Positions 13,401 through 25,119 of a stretch of DNA of 64,000 bases are shown one piece after another. Below the pieces are notes generated by a model. That model was not told the DNA's origin, did no database searches, and was given only the letters and a program-made list of their open reading frames with translations. Origin of the DNA: Tubulanus polymorphus (taxonomy: Eukaryota > Animalia > Nemertea); NCBI RefSeq assembly GCF_964204645.1, contig NC_134026.1, positions 20,680,150 to 20,744,149 on the forward strand. The letters run 5' to 3'. The position numbers and the translations under genes are program-made. Numbering within the stretch: the stretch's first letter is position 1; each line of letters starts with the position of its first letter.

Positions 13401-14748
13401 AGGGGTGTTTGAAAGTTGAAACTGTGGTGAGAGATTAGGACTGCTATGTACCAGTAGTCCATGTTGCAAGCGAGTGTTTTGTCACAACTTTTTTGGATTT
13501 TCCTCAATTCCTCCTATAAACTTAAGTCACACTATATCATAATCTACTATCATGACTACAACGTTGTACCAATTATTTATACAAATTATTCAAATTAACT
13601 CTAAAGGTTTCTGACTGATATATTTATCATACGTTATATTTTCTGAGCTGTCTGCAGATCTACTTCCTTTTTTACAACCGAGTTGAATGTATAGTAAGTA
13701 TTTCAACGCAAATCAGAACAAATTAAATCCTGGGGTCAAACTATATGAAATGAGTGTGAATTTGATTTTTCAAAAGTCATCGGAGCATATCATTTTATCA
13801 ATCTTACTGTTCCATTATAGGACGAGCCTCTGCACCCGTCATATAGTCATTGCTAATTAGATGTCCAGTTTTCTGGCAATTGTTTTAGATTTTATGATGA
13901 CGTAGCCTTGATGGGTATAAAACCCAGGGGCACACGTCTCTCTCTCTCTCTCCTATGGTCACATGCTGGGCTCTCGTTCGAGTGTCAACTTTTAAATAAA
14001 ACAATCGACCTTGCAATCAACAACCGAAGTTTCTCATTCCTGGGCTCGGACTCATCCATTCTCGATCATCTCTCGATTATTTGCTAAATCACAACCAAAT
14101 GCATTAAGCTGTTATTCCTTTTTTCAGGAACATATAACCTTGTTTTTGCACCATTGCAACGATAAAGACGTAGTGAAATTGTCGCGGTTAATCGAGGTTT
14201 ATACGGCTTGTTCCAGTTATATGGAAGGGGTAAGGACCATTCACTCGCGCATTATAGATATCAAATACCGAGACAAAATGTCGATCTTTAATTAGAAAAT
14301 TCGAAATAAAACTCGAATTACCGAAAACAATAGTATGCAAAACATTTCCGAGTCTATCGCGGGATTCTGTCCCCGCGGGCATCTCGTCTGCCGCGACATT
14401 ATGCAAATCATGGCAAACTGATCAGACTAATTTGCATAATGATTTGCATTTTTTCAGAGTAGCATAGCGGAACGTTTAGCTGTGATGATGAGTTCACCAT
14501 ATGCTATACAGATGGTCTTCAAAAAGTTACCTCATCCGCTCGAACAGCGTCACACTCGTAAGCGCCAGTGTCTGTGTCAATTCGTCGAGGAATTTCTGAC
14601 GGCGTATCTGCCGTGTTTACGCCACGAGGGGGCGTTCGATGTCGGACACTTGCAAATATTGTTTCTACGCTATTTGAACTGCCATTTCAAACCGGACCCC
14701 GTTATTATGCATACACTCGGTATCGGGGTAAATCATTTGATGCCGTAG
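4494..14748 (+). CDS. TIR-domain / TMEM268-like two-TM fusion protein, ~535 aa, 10 coding exons
   Basis: Phase-consistent GT-AG exons 4494-4509, 4658-5260, 6409-6468, 9791-9909, 11542-11713, 12861-12961, 13154-13261, 13658-13693, 14128-14229, 14458-14748 (1608 nt, open, TAG stop). TIR motifs YRFHAFVSY, LCFDERDF, IILSPSYVDNSWQQYE. Then FSNGQLL, two hydrophobic helices (TIILLSFFAAWCVAFICIIVLF; LCVFVLPAILIVGGCFL), IYFLFYNRVEC and LPHPLEQRHTRKRQCLCQFVEEFL, collinear with TMEM268 motifs as I recall them. The first mini-exon/start codon is the least certain part. Confidence 0.85.
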
Positions 14749-15168
14749 TTACCGATTGCGTAAATATTTCAAGCCCAGCTAAAAAGCGATTTTATTGTTC
14801 ATTATAAGCGTACGTCTGGGACGCATTAGTCTGCACTAAAACAACCAGACCTTCAAAAACCCGATTCGTGGTATCTTGTTTCGTTAATGATGTACAGTTA
14901 GATCAAGTTGTTATTTTATTTTGTTTTCTTTGATCGTTGTTTTCAGTGTATTTAGCTCTAAAACAAAACCATATATATTGAATATATAAATGTTAATGTT
15001 GCAATTATTTGTATTTAAGTATTGGTTTTTGGGGGTAAATGGTGACCAAATTGTTTATATGAACTGACTCGTTCTTACGTTATAAAACTTTATACTATAA
15101 AACTGGGGTTGAACCACTGGCAGTCGAGGATGTAAGATGTGTATACATAATTTTTATCATCTACTGAA

Positions 15169-15174
15169 AATAAA
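15169..15174 (+). terminator. Probable polyadenylation signal of the TIR-TMEM268 gene
   Basis: AATAAA ~420 bp after the stop codon, followed by a T/GT-rich downstream element (tttttcttgtaattgtttgtttgag). Confidence 0.5.
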
Positions 15175-16914
15175 GCTTCGAACATTGACGTTTTTCTTGT
15201 AATTGTTTGTTTGAGTTTCTTTTTTCTCTCCAAAGATTTACTCGAACTAGCGACATTATTCCACCACAGGAATAAGGACTTATCACTGGACGATACCAAC
15301 GAACTCAGAACCTGATATCGACTGTCGATCGATTTTATACGTGGTGGAGTTGAAATAGTTGCAGAACATCGCCCCCTTAGCGGAAGGTGGCTTACACCAC
15401 AACCTTTGTTGCTCCACAGATTGACTCAAGAAAACAGTGACTCAAACTGCCATATTACGGAAGCGCGGAGACATCATTTACGAATATTAGACATTCATTT
15501 TATGTCGAGTTATATCTTAACAGAAAATCATTTACGGTTAATAAAAAATTGTGCCGATTTTAAGTCGAGTTATTATCTCGACCTTAATTCATTTACAATT
15601 GATAAAAAGTTTTGTCGAATTTATGTCGAGTTATTAATAAAAAGATTTGCCGTTGTTTTGTTGATTTTTACCATTTACGCACCCTTTCCCGTCAAGATAT
15701 CGGCAAGCTGCTGATAGTTGCAACTGAGGGCAAGATATCTTGCCATTAGTTCCCCCTATTCTGAATAGACGGCGTATGGGTTTATTGCTTCTAAACATTA
15801 TTTCTACGTTCAAGCAGTGTCCAGCAACAATCTACGAATAATTTGCACTCAGATAGAGTGACCTCGATCGCTCTTCTCGATCTTTGAAAGGGTGCACTTT
15901 AGGTGTTGACAGCGCAATATGGGCGCGTGTCTTCTGAAGACCCCTGGCAAGTTGGAAGAATTATAAACCCACAAGGGTCCTGCACTTTATCCAACCCATC
16001 GTCTATGATTTATTGAAGGTTTTTTCATCAAACCACTTCAAATAGTATTTATAAAATATCCATGGATAATTAACTAGATGATGGAAATTCATTTTTTGAT
16101 AAATTTGACCATTCGTTGACCCCGTTTTTAGGGTCCCTAACAGGACCCCTGAGTCCAATCATCTAATAAAGGAGTTTCCAGTTTCTAGGCGCCATTTTGT
16201 GGCGGTCCCTCGAGGTCCCCATTGTTGCGATGATTTGCGCTCATTTTTAAAAAACATATGTTTAGATTGAATATCATATAGTTCTGCAGTCCCTTGCTCG
16301 ATGAACTTAATTTATACACCATTTTGAAGGAAATGAAATGCATACCACTCATGGATGGACACTAGAACAAAATCTCAGTTTTTATATATATTTGAATATG
16401 CGGCGCAGCTTAAAGTAGCCCAACTAGACGTTGACCCCCTAAAACAGAATATCAAATGGGGGACAGGAGCCCCTTTGAATATAATATTGGAATTTTATAT
16501 CAGTAAGGTTATCTGGTCGATGTTTTCAAGCAAGAAGGTTGAGATTCAGTAAATTCATCGTATGATCCCAGGATGAGGGATTACCAGAGAGAGATATGTG
16601 TTGAAATATGTCCTAAGCGTTTTAATTGACTGGCACATTTCACCATGGACTCTAAAACGTTTTGGGCCATCATGATTTCACCGAACACAAAATCGGCGCT
16701 AGGCTGGACGGGCTACATGCGACAATTCCCCAACTGGGCCGTTCAAACTTCAAAGCTGGACAAACCGGATCCCGAAACAAGCTAAACGAATTGCCCCCGC
16801 CAGAATACAGTACAAACAAGATATGGGTTATAATCACAAACCGGTGAACGCTCATTGTCGTCGGATCTGTTATCGAGGGTAGACGCCCATACACGTATCT
16901 GACGTCGGTTCGAG

Positions 16915-19845
16915 ATGTTGTCAACTGCTGAGGAAAATGTTTTCGATGTTGTTGTAATTGGAGCAGGAATTGAAGGGTCCTGTACTGCTTATCAATTGGC
17001 GCGCGATGGCATCAAAACGCTTCTATTAGAACAGGTCAGGTACTTGGCATCTTTAGAAAATCTTCCTTGCTTTATTCTATTAGAGGGTATAATTACTGAG
17101 GTGTATGATTTAAATGACTAACAAAGTGTTTCACTCTGTACATAATGTTGCATTATACCGACCAAAATGATATTTCTATGAAAGTGATACCGTATTGCTA
17201 TATACTACATATTAGCTTTTTCAAAGCATAGAGAAGTGAAAAGCCTTTTCTCGTCGCTTTTTAATTCATTTCTTTTCTATTCTTTATTATATAATCAGTA
17301 TAGCCATCAAAAAGATTTTTGAAAACGCTTTCGCACGCATGTACGTTTTCGTCTCACCGACGTTCTAAGAGCACTTGAACAATACGATTATCTATATCTA
17401 TATGGACACGTTCTATTGATTGGAGTAAAAAACAAGTATATATTGTCAGTTTCTGTACATTTCAGTTTTTATTACCTACCTCAAGAGGCAGTTCCCACGG
17501 CCAGACCCGGTGTACTAGGAAATTCTATTGCAATGAAATGTATATCAAGATGATGCAAGATGCATACGACGAATGGTCGACGATTGAAAATCTGACCGGG
17601 CAAGAATTATACAAGTATATATATTTAATATATCAGAAGGCACAACAGTGAATCCCCTTCACTGAGGGTTCGATTACATGTATAATACCTCAGTAAAGGT
17701 AGGCGAGCCCTGAATTATAGTAGAGATGATCAATCGAATCATATCCAAGGGTGATTTAGGGTGGACTCTGGTACCAAACAACAGTTTATCTCAGTAATGC
17801 CTTGTGCCAATGCTCTGTGAAGAAAATATCGAATAATAATCGTTGGTCGGTCGGTTGGTCGCTCTGACCGACGCAGGGGCCCCAATCTTTTACCCGAAGC
17901 GAATATGTTATAAGGGTGGATATTAATTCTCTTACAGACAGTCGGGGATCTTATTCGTCAGTAGGTATGAGAATGATAATGAAAGTGAATCGTTGAAGGA
18001 AATGATCGCCCAGAACAATATCAAGCACGAGGTTTTGACTAAAGACGAAGCTATTGAGCAGTTCCCTATGCTTAGATACGATGACGATGCTAATTTTTTC
18101 CTGCTTGAACACGAAGCCGGATTTTTGAAATCGGACGAGTGTCTAAATGCAGCGCAGGTAAGGCATGACTACTTCAATCCAGCTGGAAAGGGCGTGGGTT
18201 AGAGAAGTTCATTAAAAAGAAAGATTTCTATTATCTCATCCTTTCTAAGTTCAATCCATAAAAATGGATAATTCATTTCGACTTCTCGAAAGAATTGTTT
18301 CTCTTTTTGTATAAGAAACTGTTTAAGCGGTTTGGTGGAGTTCTGCGTGATGGTGAAATGGTACAGAATATCGTCCCTGGTGAAATAGTTCAAATACGCA
18401 CGCAGGAAAATCTGTACACAGCTAAAAATGTCGTTATAACCGCCGGACCATGGACTTCCAAATTACTGAAACCGCTTCGAGTTCAACTACCCATCCAGGT
18501 AGGCAGAGTCACTCACATCACACAAAAAGGTTTCCGTACAACATACGATAAGCAATTTGGTGGCTGGGAATGCCATTTCTTCATCGGTGGTTTTCCTTTT
18601 ATTCATTTCTACAAATCTTTTGACCTTTCATCACGGAAACCCAGCCTGATTTTGCGTTTCTTTGCAGCCTTTGCGAATACTGGTCTGCTACTTCAGAGAG
18701 AAAATCGCCGGAACGTACAAAATGCCACAGGTTCCGATTACACTTTACAGAGTTCAAAACAGAGATATCTTCACGATGCCACCAATCGAATATCCAAATC
18801 TCACGAAGGTACAGTTTGACAAAATGTCAAACCCGAGTTAAACGTCAATATATCTAACGGATCACTTTGGGACTGGCAATTTCTGCGTGTCCATCAGTAT
18901 CCTATTCTATAAATACGTAGGTGGTATACTGCGATGGTCCAAATGTGGATCCCGATAACACTGATAGAAATCCAGACGGAAGCAAGGAGTATCTTGAGAA
19001 AATCTGCAACCACGTAAAAGATCATTTACCCGGTTTGGAACCCATACCGTCAATTATTGAGACTTGCATATTTACCGTGAGTCACTATACATATTGAATG
19101 CATATTTCATCTCGAGTACAAAATATTTGTTTTTAATGTTACCCCACAGATTCCAAAACGAAGTCCATATGAATACACCACTTTATCAAACCACTGACTT
19201 GTTTCCGTTTCATATTCTAACATTTCCGCAGATGACCCCTGATGGATGCTTCATACTTGATCATCATCCACAGCATAGAAATATTGTTATCGGTGCCGGA
19301 TTTTCAGGTGAATTTGTTTATAATTTAAGACACGAAGATGATTTAATCAATTAATGAAATAATCGAAATACAAGGGTTCGTGGGCAGGATATAAGCGTAG
19401 TTAGTTACCATTGGTCAGAAGGTTGAAAACCCTTGTACCCCTTATATATAGGGAATAGTGAGAATGCCTAAAGCCCACCGCTCACGACAAAACGGAAACA
19501 AACATTTTGGAAACCATTTTTATCGCAAACGCACTCGACACAATGAGACGCTCGGAAACAAGTTTCTGTCTCCTGTTTTCGTGTTTCGTGTTACCTCTGC
19601 ATTGTGTGCATTGGGTAACGTCAATCGTTTCTTTCCTCGTACCCTTAACCGATGTCTAATTTTCTTTCGTGACAGGTCATGCATTCAAGTTAGCGCCAGT
19701 AGTTGGTAAACTGTTGAAGCAGTTAGTTACCGGTGAAAAACCGGCTCACGATATGCGTCCTTTCAGCATGCAACGATTTGGCAAGATCCCGGAAACAAGG
19801 GCGCCGTATCAAGGCTTCATTATAGAGGCCTTGAAAATACCTTGA
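16915..19845 (+). CDS. PIPOX: Sarcosine/L-pipecolate oxidase-like flavoprotein, tandem copy 1 (~404 aa, 8 exons)
   Basis: Exons 16915-17034, 17466-17614, 17938-18157, 18316-18498, 18668-18808, 18921-19076, 19232-19307, 19676-19845, all in phase. Rossmann [51 protein letters not shown]-terminus ..ALKIP. Confidence 0.93.
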
Positions 19846-19953
19846 AATTGGAATGGGCACTTTGAAAAGGGCAAATTTGGCAATGTTAGGACTGCGAGCG
19901 AAACATTGGTTAGCGGGTTGACCAGTTCACCCCCTCTCTTAAATCCACCCTTG
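19796..19953. mobile_element. hAT-like MITE inserted in the last coding exon of PIPOX copy 1
   Basis: Starts caagggcg and ends aaatccacccttg. Absent from copy 2; the sequence after it (gcaaagcatgcattggttt) aligns with the copy-2 end gaaaagcacgctaTAGttt. Confidence 0.6.
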
Positions 19954-20773
19954 GCAAAGCATGCATTGGTTTGTGATTGTTAATTTTTCTAACCTGTATA
20001 TATAAAACGATTAATTTTAATTAACAGAATAAATCATTACCGAATGTAATTACCGAAGGTAATACCGAATGTAATATTAAGTATCAATAAAGCTATTTTG
20101 ATGATTTCTAATCTTAAAAATTCAGTGTGCTTGTGTATTCATGTATTCCGGAAAATTGTGTGAAAATCAACGAATATATTTTCGAAAGTAAAAGAAATAC
20201 AACTTTATGACACGTTCGCAAAGGTGAAGCAAACCCTACATTAGATCTGACGTATCTTGATGCAAGAGATCGTAAATTATCAGCTCAAATTGGAGCGGTA
20301 CCTATAGTCAACAAATTTGAAATTGGCCGATATCGTGGTGTAAAACTTGATAAAATGATGTCTTTTTTGTAGCGAACACGAGATTGAAAGTGAATTCTTA
20401 GTTTGAAGATTTTCCGTTTTATCAAATGGTTGATCCAAATTTTGCAAACCTTGTACAAATAAATGATACACTTTGATAAATGAACAAATAAAGAAATGAT
20501 TGATAGGACAGTTGACTTACATTTTACCTTTGAATACCTAAATTCGTGATAGTCGAAAACAGGTAGAATAATATAAGTTTAATGAGGCTCATGAAATGAA
20601 AATAAAATCCCGCGTTTTGTGCAACAGCTGGACAGGTATGTTTATATAGCCCTTTTCACAGTCATCAGTTTTTGATTAACCACTGTAGTCAGTATAGACG
20701 GATGAACGCTTATTGTCGTCGTATCTGGTATCTCTACAGGGTTATAGTCGCCCAAATCTGGTGTCGGTTCGAG

Positions 20774-23700
20774 ATGATGATTTCAACTGCTGGCAATAGC
20801 TTTTTCGACGTTGTTGTGATAGGAGCAGGAATTGAGGGGTCCTGTACTGCTTATCAATTTGCACGCGATGGCGTAAAAACACTACTATTGGAACAGGTCA
20901 GGCACTCGTCATCTATTTACTCTACGTTACTCGGGGTAAAGGTAAAAAGCTTTACAAATGATATAATTACCGAAGGAAATCATTAACAAGGTTATTCACC
21001 AAGAAATTCATGCGGACGCCTATAGTACATATTTCAGTGCTATACAGGCCAAAATGATATTTCTATTAAAGTGATACTCTTTCCTTTTTAAAGAACGTTT
21101 TTATTAGCGATTCGATGTGCACTAAAGTGATATACAGTAGTTACGTATATACAAGGTTTCTTTTTACGAAGTGAAAAGGCCGCTTTTTCTATTATTCTTT
21201 TTTTCTTCATTTTCTATTATATTATTTGTATAGGTATTGAACAGGTTTATGAAGTTACTTTTGCGCTTAACGTTCGTCCCACGTTGATTTTTTACATGTA
21301 TTTCAACTAAACTCAGGTTATTTACAAATGACGATTAGGGCGTGATTGATTTGACACACAAGAGAAAATTTGAAAGAAAAATGATAGTAATTTATTTTTC
21401 ATTTAACTTACATTTACATGAATGTTTACAGCAAAGAAACATGAATTATAGTTAAATGAAGGTAACGGTGAGAGCCTTATTAGGCCACTGCATCTTGGTG
21501 CTTAGAGTGCAAAGATGTACAAGTGCAGGGAATTGAAAAATGATAAATAATAACAATGCTGGCATATTGGAATGTTTTTTATGACAATTGGTATGAACAT
21601 GCACACATTTCTTAATTCATATTCATTTTTGAGTTGCATTAGAACTTCGAATTTTAAAGAGGTTGGATTGACCAAAAAAAATGAGGGATTGAGCGCCATC
21701 TCACAATTACTGAAAAATTTACAACAACAAGATAAGAGCCTTTGGACTTAGGGTTATGTACGTGGACATACTTATCCTATATTTAAGACTAATATATATC
21801 GTAAGTTTCTGTACATTTCAGTTTTTATTACCTAGCTCAAGAGGCAGTTCCCACGGCAAGACCCGGGGTACTAGGAAATTCGATTGCGATGAAAGTTACG
21901 TCAAGATGATGCAAGACGCATACGGCGAATGGTCGACGATTGAAAATTTGACCGGGCAAGAATTATACAAGTATATATCTATTGATAAGACGGCGGGGTT
22001 TCATCACCATGCATCAGATACTTTTTGGATACTTGAGTAAAAGTAAGCGAGCACAAGATCCCGTGAAGATTGGTACCAAAAATTTAGTTTATCTCGGTGT
22101 AGTAAACTATGCCTTGTGCTAATGCTCGGTGATGAAAATAGACATACTGAATAATACATGAAAATCTACCAAATATTTGGTATTTACTTAAATATAGGTC
22201 GAAAATCAATTTCATGAAAGAATATTCGAATAGGGTTTTTACTCCCGCTCAACCATTGTTTATTGATGGATTGATTAATTTGTGTTGATTTAAACTTATT
22301 TTGCCTGCACAGTAATACGATGGATAATGATATAACAATATATAAGTTTATTTCTTTACTTAAAAGTACGTACGATACAAAAAAAGAAGCGGTTAACATT
22401 TCTACAAACACAAAGCAGTGCATCCAGTCTAACCGGTGCACTGGCCTCGATTTTTTACCCGAAACGAATATGATTATGTTATAAGCATGGATAGCATTTC
22501 TCTTACAGGCAGTCGGGGATGTTATTAGTCAGTAGGTGTGAGAATGAAAATGAAAGCGAATCGTTGAAGGAAATGATCGCCCAGAACAATATCAAGCACA
22601 CGGTTCTGACCAAAGACGAAGCTATTGAACAGTTCCCTATGCTTAGATACGATGACGATGCTAATTTTTTCCTGCTTGAGCACGAAGCCGGAATTTTGAA
22701 ATCGGACAAGTGTCTAAATGCAGCGCAGGTAAGGCATACGCCTACTTCATTTCGGCTGGAAAGGAGCAGGTTTAAATGGTTACATTTTCACTGAAAAGTG
22801 AATTTCTATTATCTTATCCTTTCTAAGTTCAATCCATAAAAATGGATTATTATTAATTTTGACTGCTGGAATATATGTTTTATTTTTGTATAAGGAATTG
22901 TTTAAGCGGTTTGGTGGGATTCTGCGTGATGGTGAAATGGTTCAGGATATCGTCCCTGGTGAAATAGTTCATATACACACGCAAGTCAATCTGTACACAG
23001 CTAAAAACGTCGTTATAACCGCCGGACCATGGACTTCCAAATTACTGAAACCGCTTCGAGTTCAACTACCTATCCAGGTAGGCGGAGTTACTTTCATTAA
23101 ACAGCTAAAAATATGGTTTAGAACAAAAGGCCTAATTACCTTCAGTTATTGAAACTAAGTAGACCTAATTGGGTCTAATTGAAGAAACAAAGTATGCGAT
23201 ATCATTAATTTTTCATCGGTTTACCATTTCTATAAATCTGTAGACCTTTCATCACGAAAACCTAGCCTGATTTTACATTGTAGCCTTTGCGAATACTGGT
23301 CTGCTACTTCAGAGAAAAAATCGCCGGAACGTACAAAATGCCACATGTTCCGATTACACTTTATAAAGTTCAAAACAGAGATATGTACACGATGCCACCA
23401 TTCGAATATCCAAATCTCACGAAGGTAAAGTTTGATAAAACGTCCGACCCTGGTTTATACAATAATCAACCGGACGTTCGACAGGCATTAACCATTTTCC
23501 CAAAACGTGTTCGTCCGGGCATCGCCACCCCTATGGCAGTACCGCGGGTATTTTCTTATTTAGAAATGAATTAGGGTGTTATGTCTGAACCATCAAGTTT
23601 AGACATAACTTCACTATTTGTGAAAAAGTGCTCGCCCAAACTGAGGGGTTAGGTACAGACAGCAGATTTACAGCAGCATTACTAACGGGACTTGGCATCT

Positions 23701-24428
23701 CCGATACATGTATCTAATTTGCACGATTCTCGTAGGTGGTATACTGTGACGGTCCAAATATGGATCCTGATAACCCTGAAAGAAATTCAGAGGCAAGCAA
23801 AAAGTATCTTGAGAAAATTTGCAACCACGTAAAAGATCATTTTCCCGGATTAGAACCAATACCTTCAGTTATTGAGAACTGTATATACACCGTGAGTTGA
23901 TACTTATATACATATTGAATACACGTCTCGAGTACATAAATAAATTATGTAAATATTCAAGCTGTTCAATATATATCGCTTTCGAATGTAGCCTAATACA
24001 TGTAGATTCCAAAAACGGGGTCCATATGGTTACCACTATCAAACCACTGACCTGTGTCCGTTTTTTCTAACATTCCGCAGATGACCCCTGATGGAAGCTT
24101 CATACTTGATCATCATCCACAACATAGAAATATTGCTATCGGTGCCGGATTTTCAGGTAAATTCGTTTGATTTCAGACACAAAGCTGATATAACGAATTA
24201 ATGAATGAATCGAAATGCCCAGGATTTTTGGGTATGGGATAGTCTACTAGATTTCTTCGTATCCCTGCCAGGTTTATGATTTCTTCTTTCTTGACAGGTC
24301 ACGGATTCAAGTTAGCGCCAGTAGTCGGTAAACTATTAAAGCAGTTAGTCACTGGTGAAAAACCAGCTCACGATATGAACGCTTTCAGTATGCAACGATT
24401 CGACAAGATCCCGAAAAGCACGCTATAG
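20774..24428 (+). CDS. PIPOX: Peroxisomal sarcosine/L-pipecolate oxidase-like, tandem copy 2 (~392 aa, 8 exons; most canonical)
   Basis: Exons 20774-20896, 21822-21970, 22509-22728, 22895-23077, 23284-23424, 23736-23891, 24081-24156, 24298-24428. Motifs [32 protein letters not shown]; PTS1-like C-terminus PKSTL*. Confidence 0.93.
21390..21710 (-). mobile_element. Non-LTR retrotransposon (RTE-X-like) 3' end remnant in PIPOX copy 2 intron 1
   Basis: Minus frame [30 protein letters not shown] resembles the PS..KF..LM...N...L..L..FI C-terminus of such ORF2 proteins; ends in AATAAA on the minus strand; absent from copies 1 and 3. Confidence 0.5.
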
Positions 24429-24469
24429 TTTCTCTATATCCCTACTATTTATTTGTAAATTTCGCATGA

Positions 24470-25002
24470 AACAGGCAAGATGGAGCCACAGCCCATACTG
24501 CAAGAGTGATATCAGATGTTCTAGGTCAGAATTTTGAAAAGAGAATCCTATCCCTCAAGAGTGATCATGGCTATCTCCCCTGTTCACCGGATCTGAATTC
24601 CCTTGAGTATTTCCATAATGACAGTGTCTACAAAAATACACCAACAAATTTTTTCGGCATAAAAAAAAACCTCGGCAGGTTATTCCAAAATATAGGGTCC
24701 AAAATGTGAGGACAAATCTTGTTAAAAGTGAAAATTCTACGGGGATTATCTTGTAAATTGTTTCAAATAAAATAATTGTTGATTAAAAGAAAAGACATCA
24801 ATTTCATCAATCTAGTACTTTGGTATAAGTTTGGTGTGTTTGGCCTCGTCTGCAGTGACAAGCGTCGGTGTTTACACATAGTTTAGACCGGCAAAAACCG
24901 GTTCCAGTGTCCAGTGTCAGTGTAAATAGGGCTTCTTCTATCTTGAAAATAAAAGTAAAGAGAGCAATTCTTTATCGTGAAATAAATCTGAAACACCCTG
25001 TA
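24470..25002 (+). mobile_element. 5'-truncated Tc1/mariner (DD41D/rosa-like) transposon relic
   Basis: QDGATAHTAR...LPCSPDLNSLEYF..VYKNTP from 24476, with 41 residues between the second D and the third acidic residue; right TIR ctgaaacaccctg followed by TA at 25001-25002. Confidence 0.8.
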
Positions 25003-25119
25003 TAGCTCGTTCCAGTCACCAAGGTGTTTTTAAGGTCAGTATAAACGAGTAAACACTTATAGTCGTCGGATCTGTTATCCAGGGTAGTCGCCCATACACG
25101 TATCTGACGTCGGTTCGAG

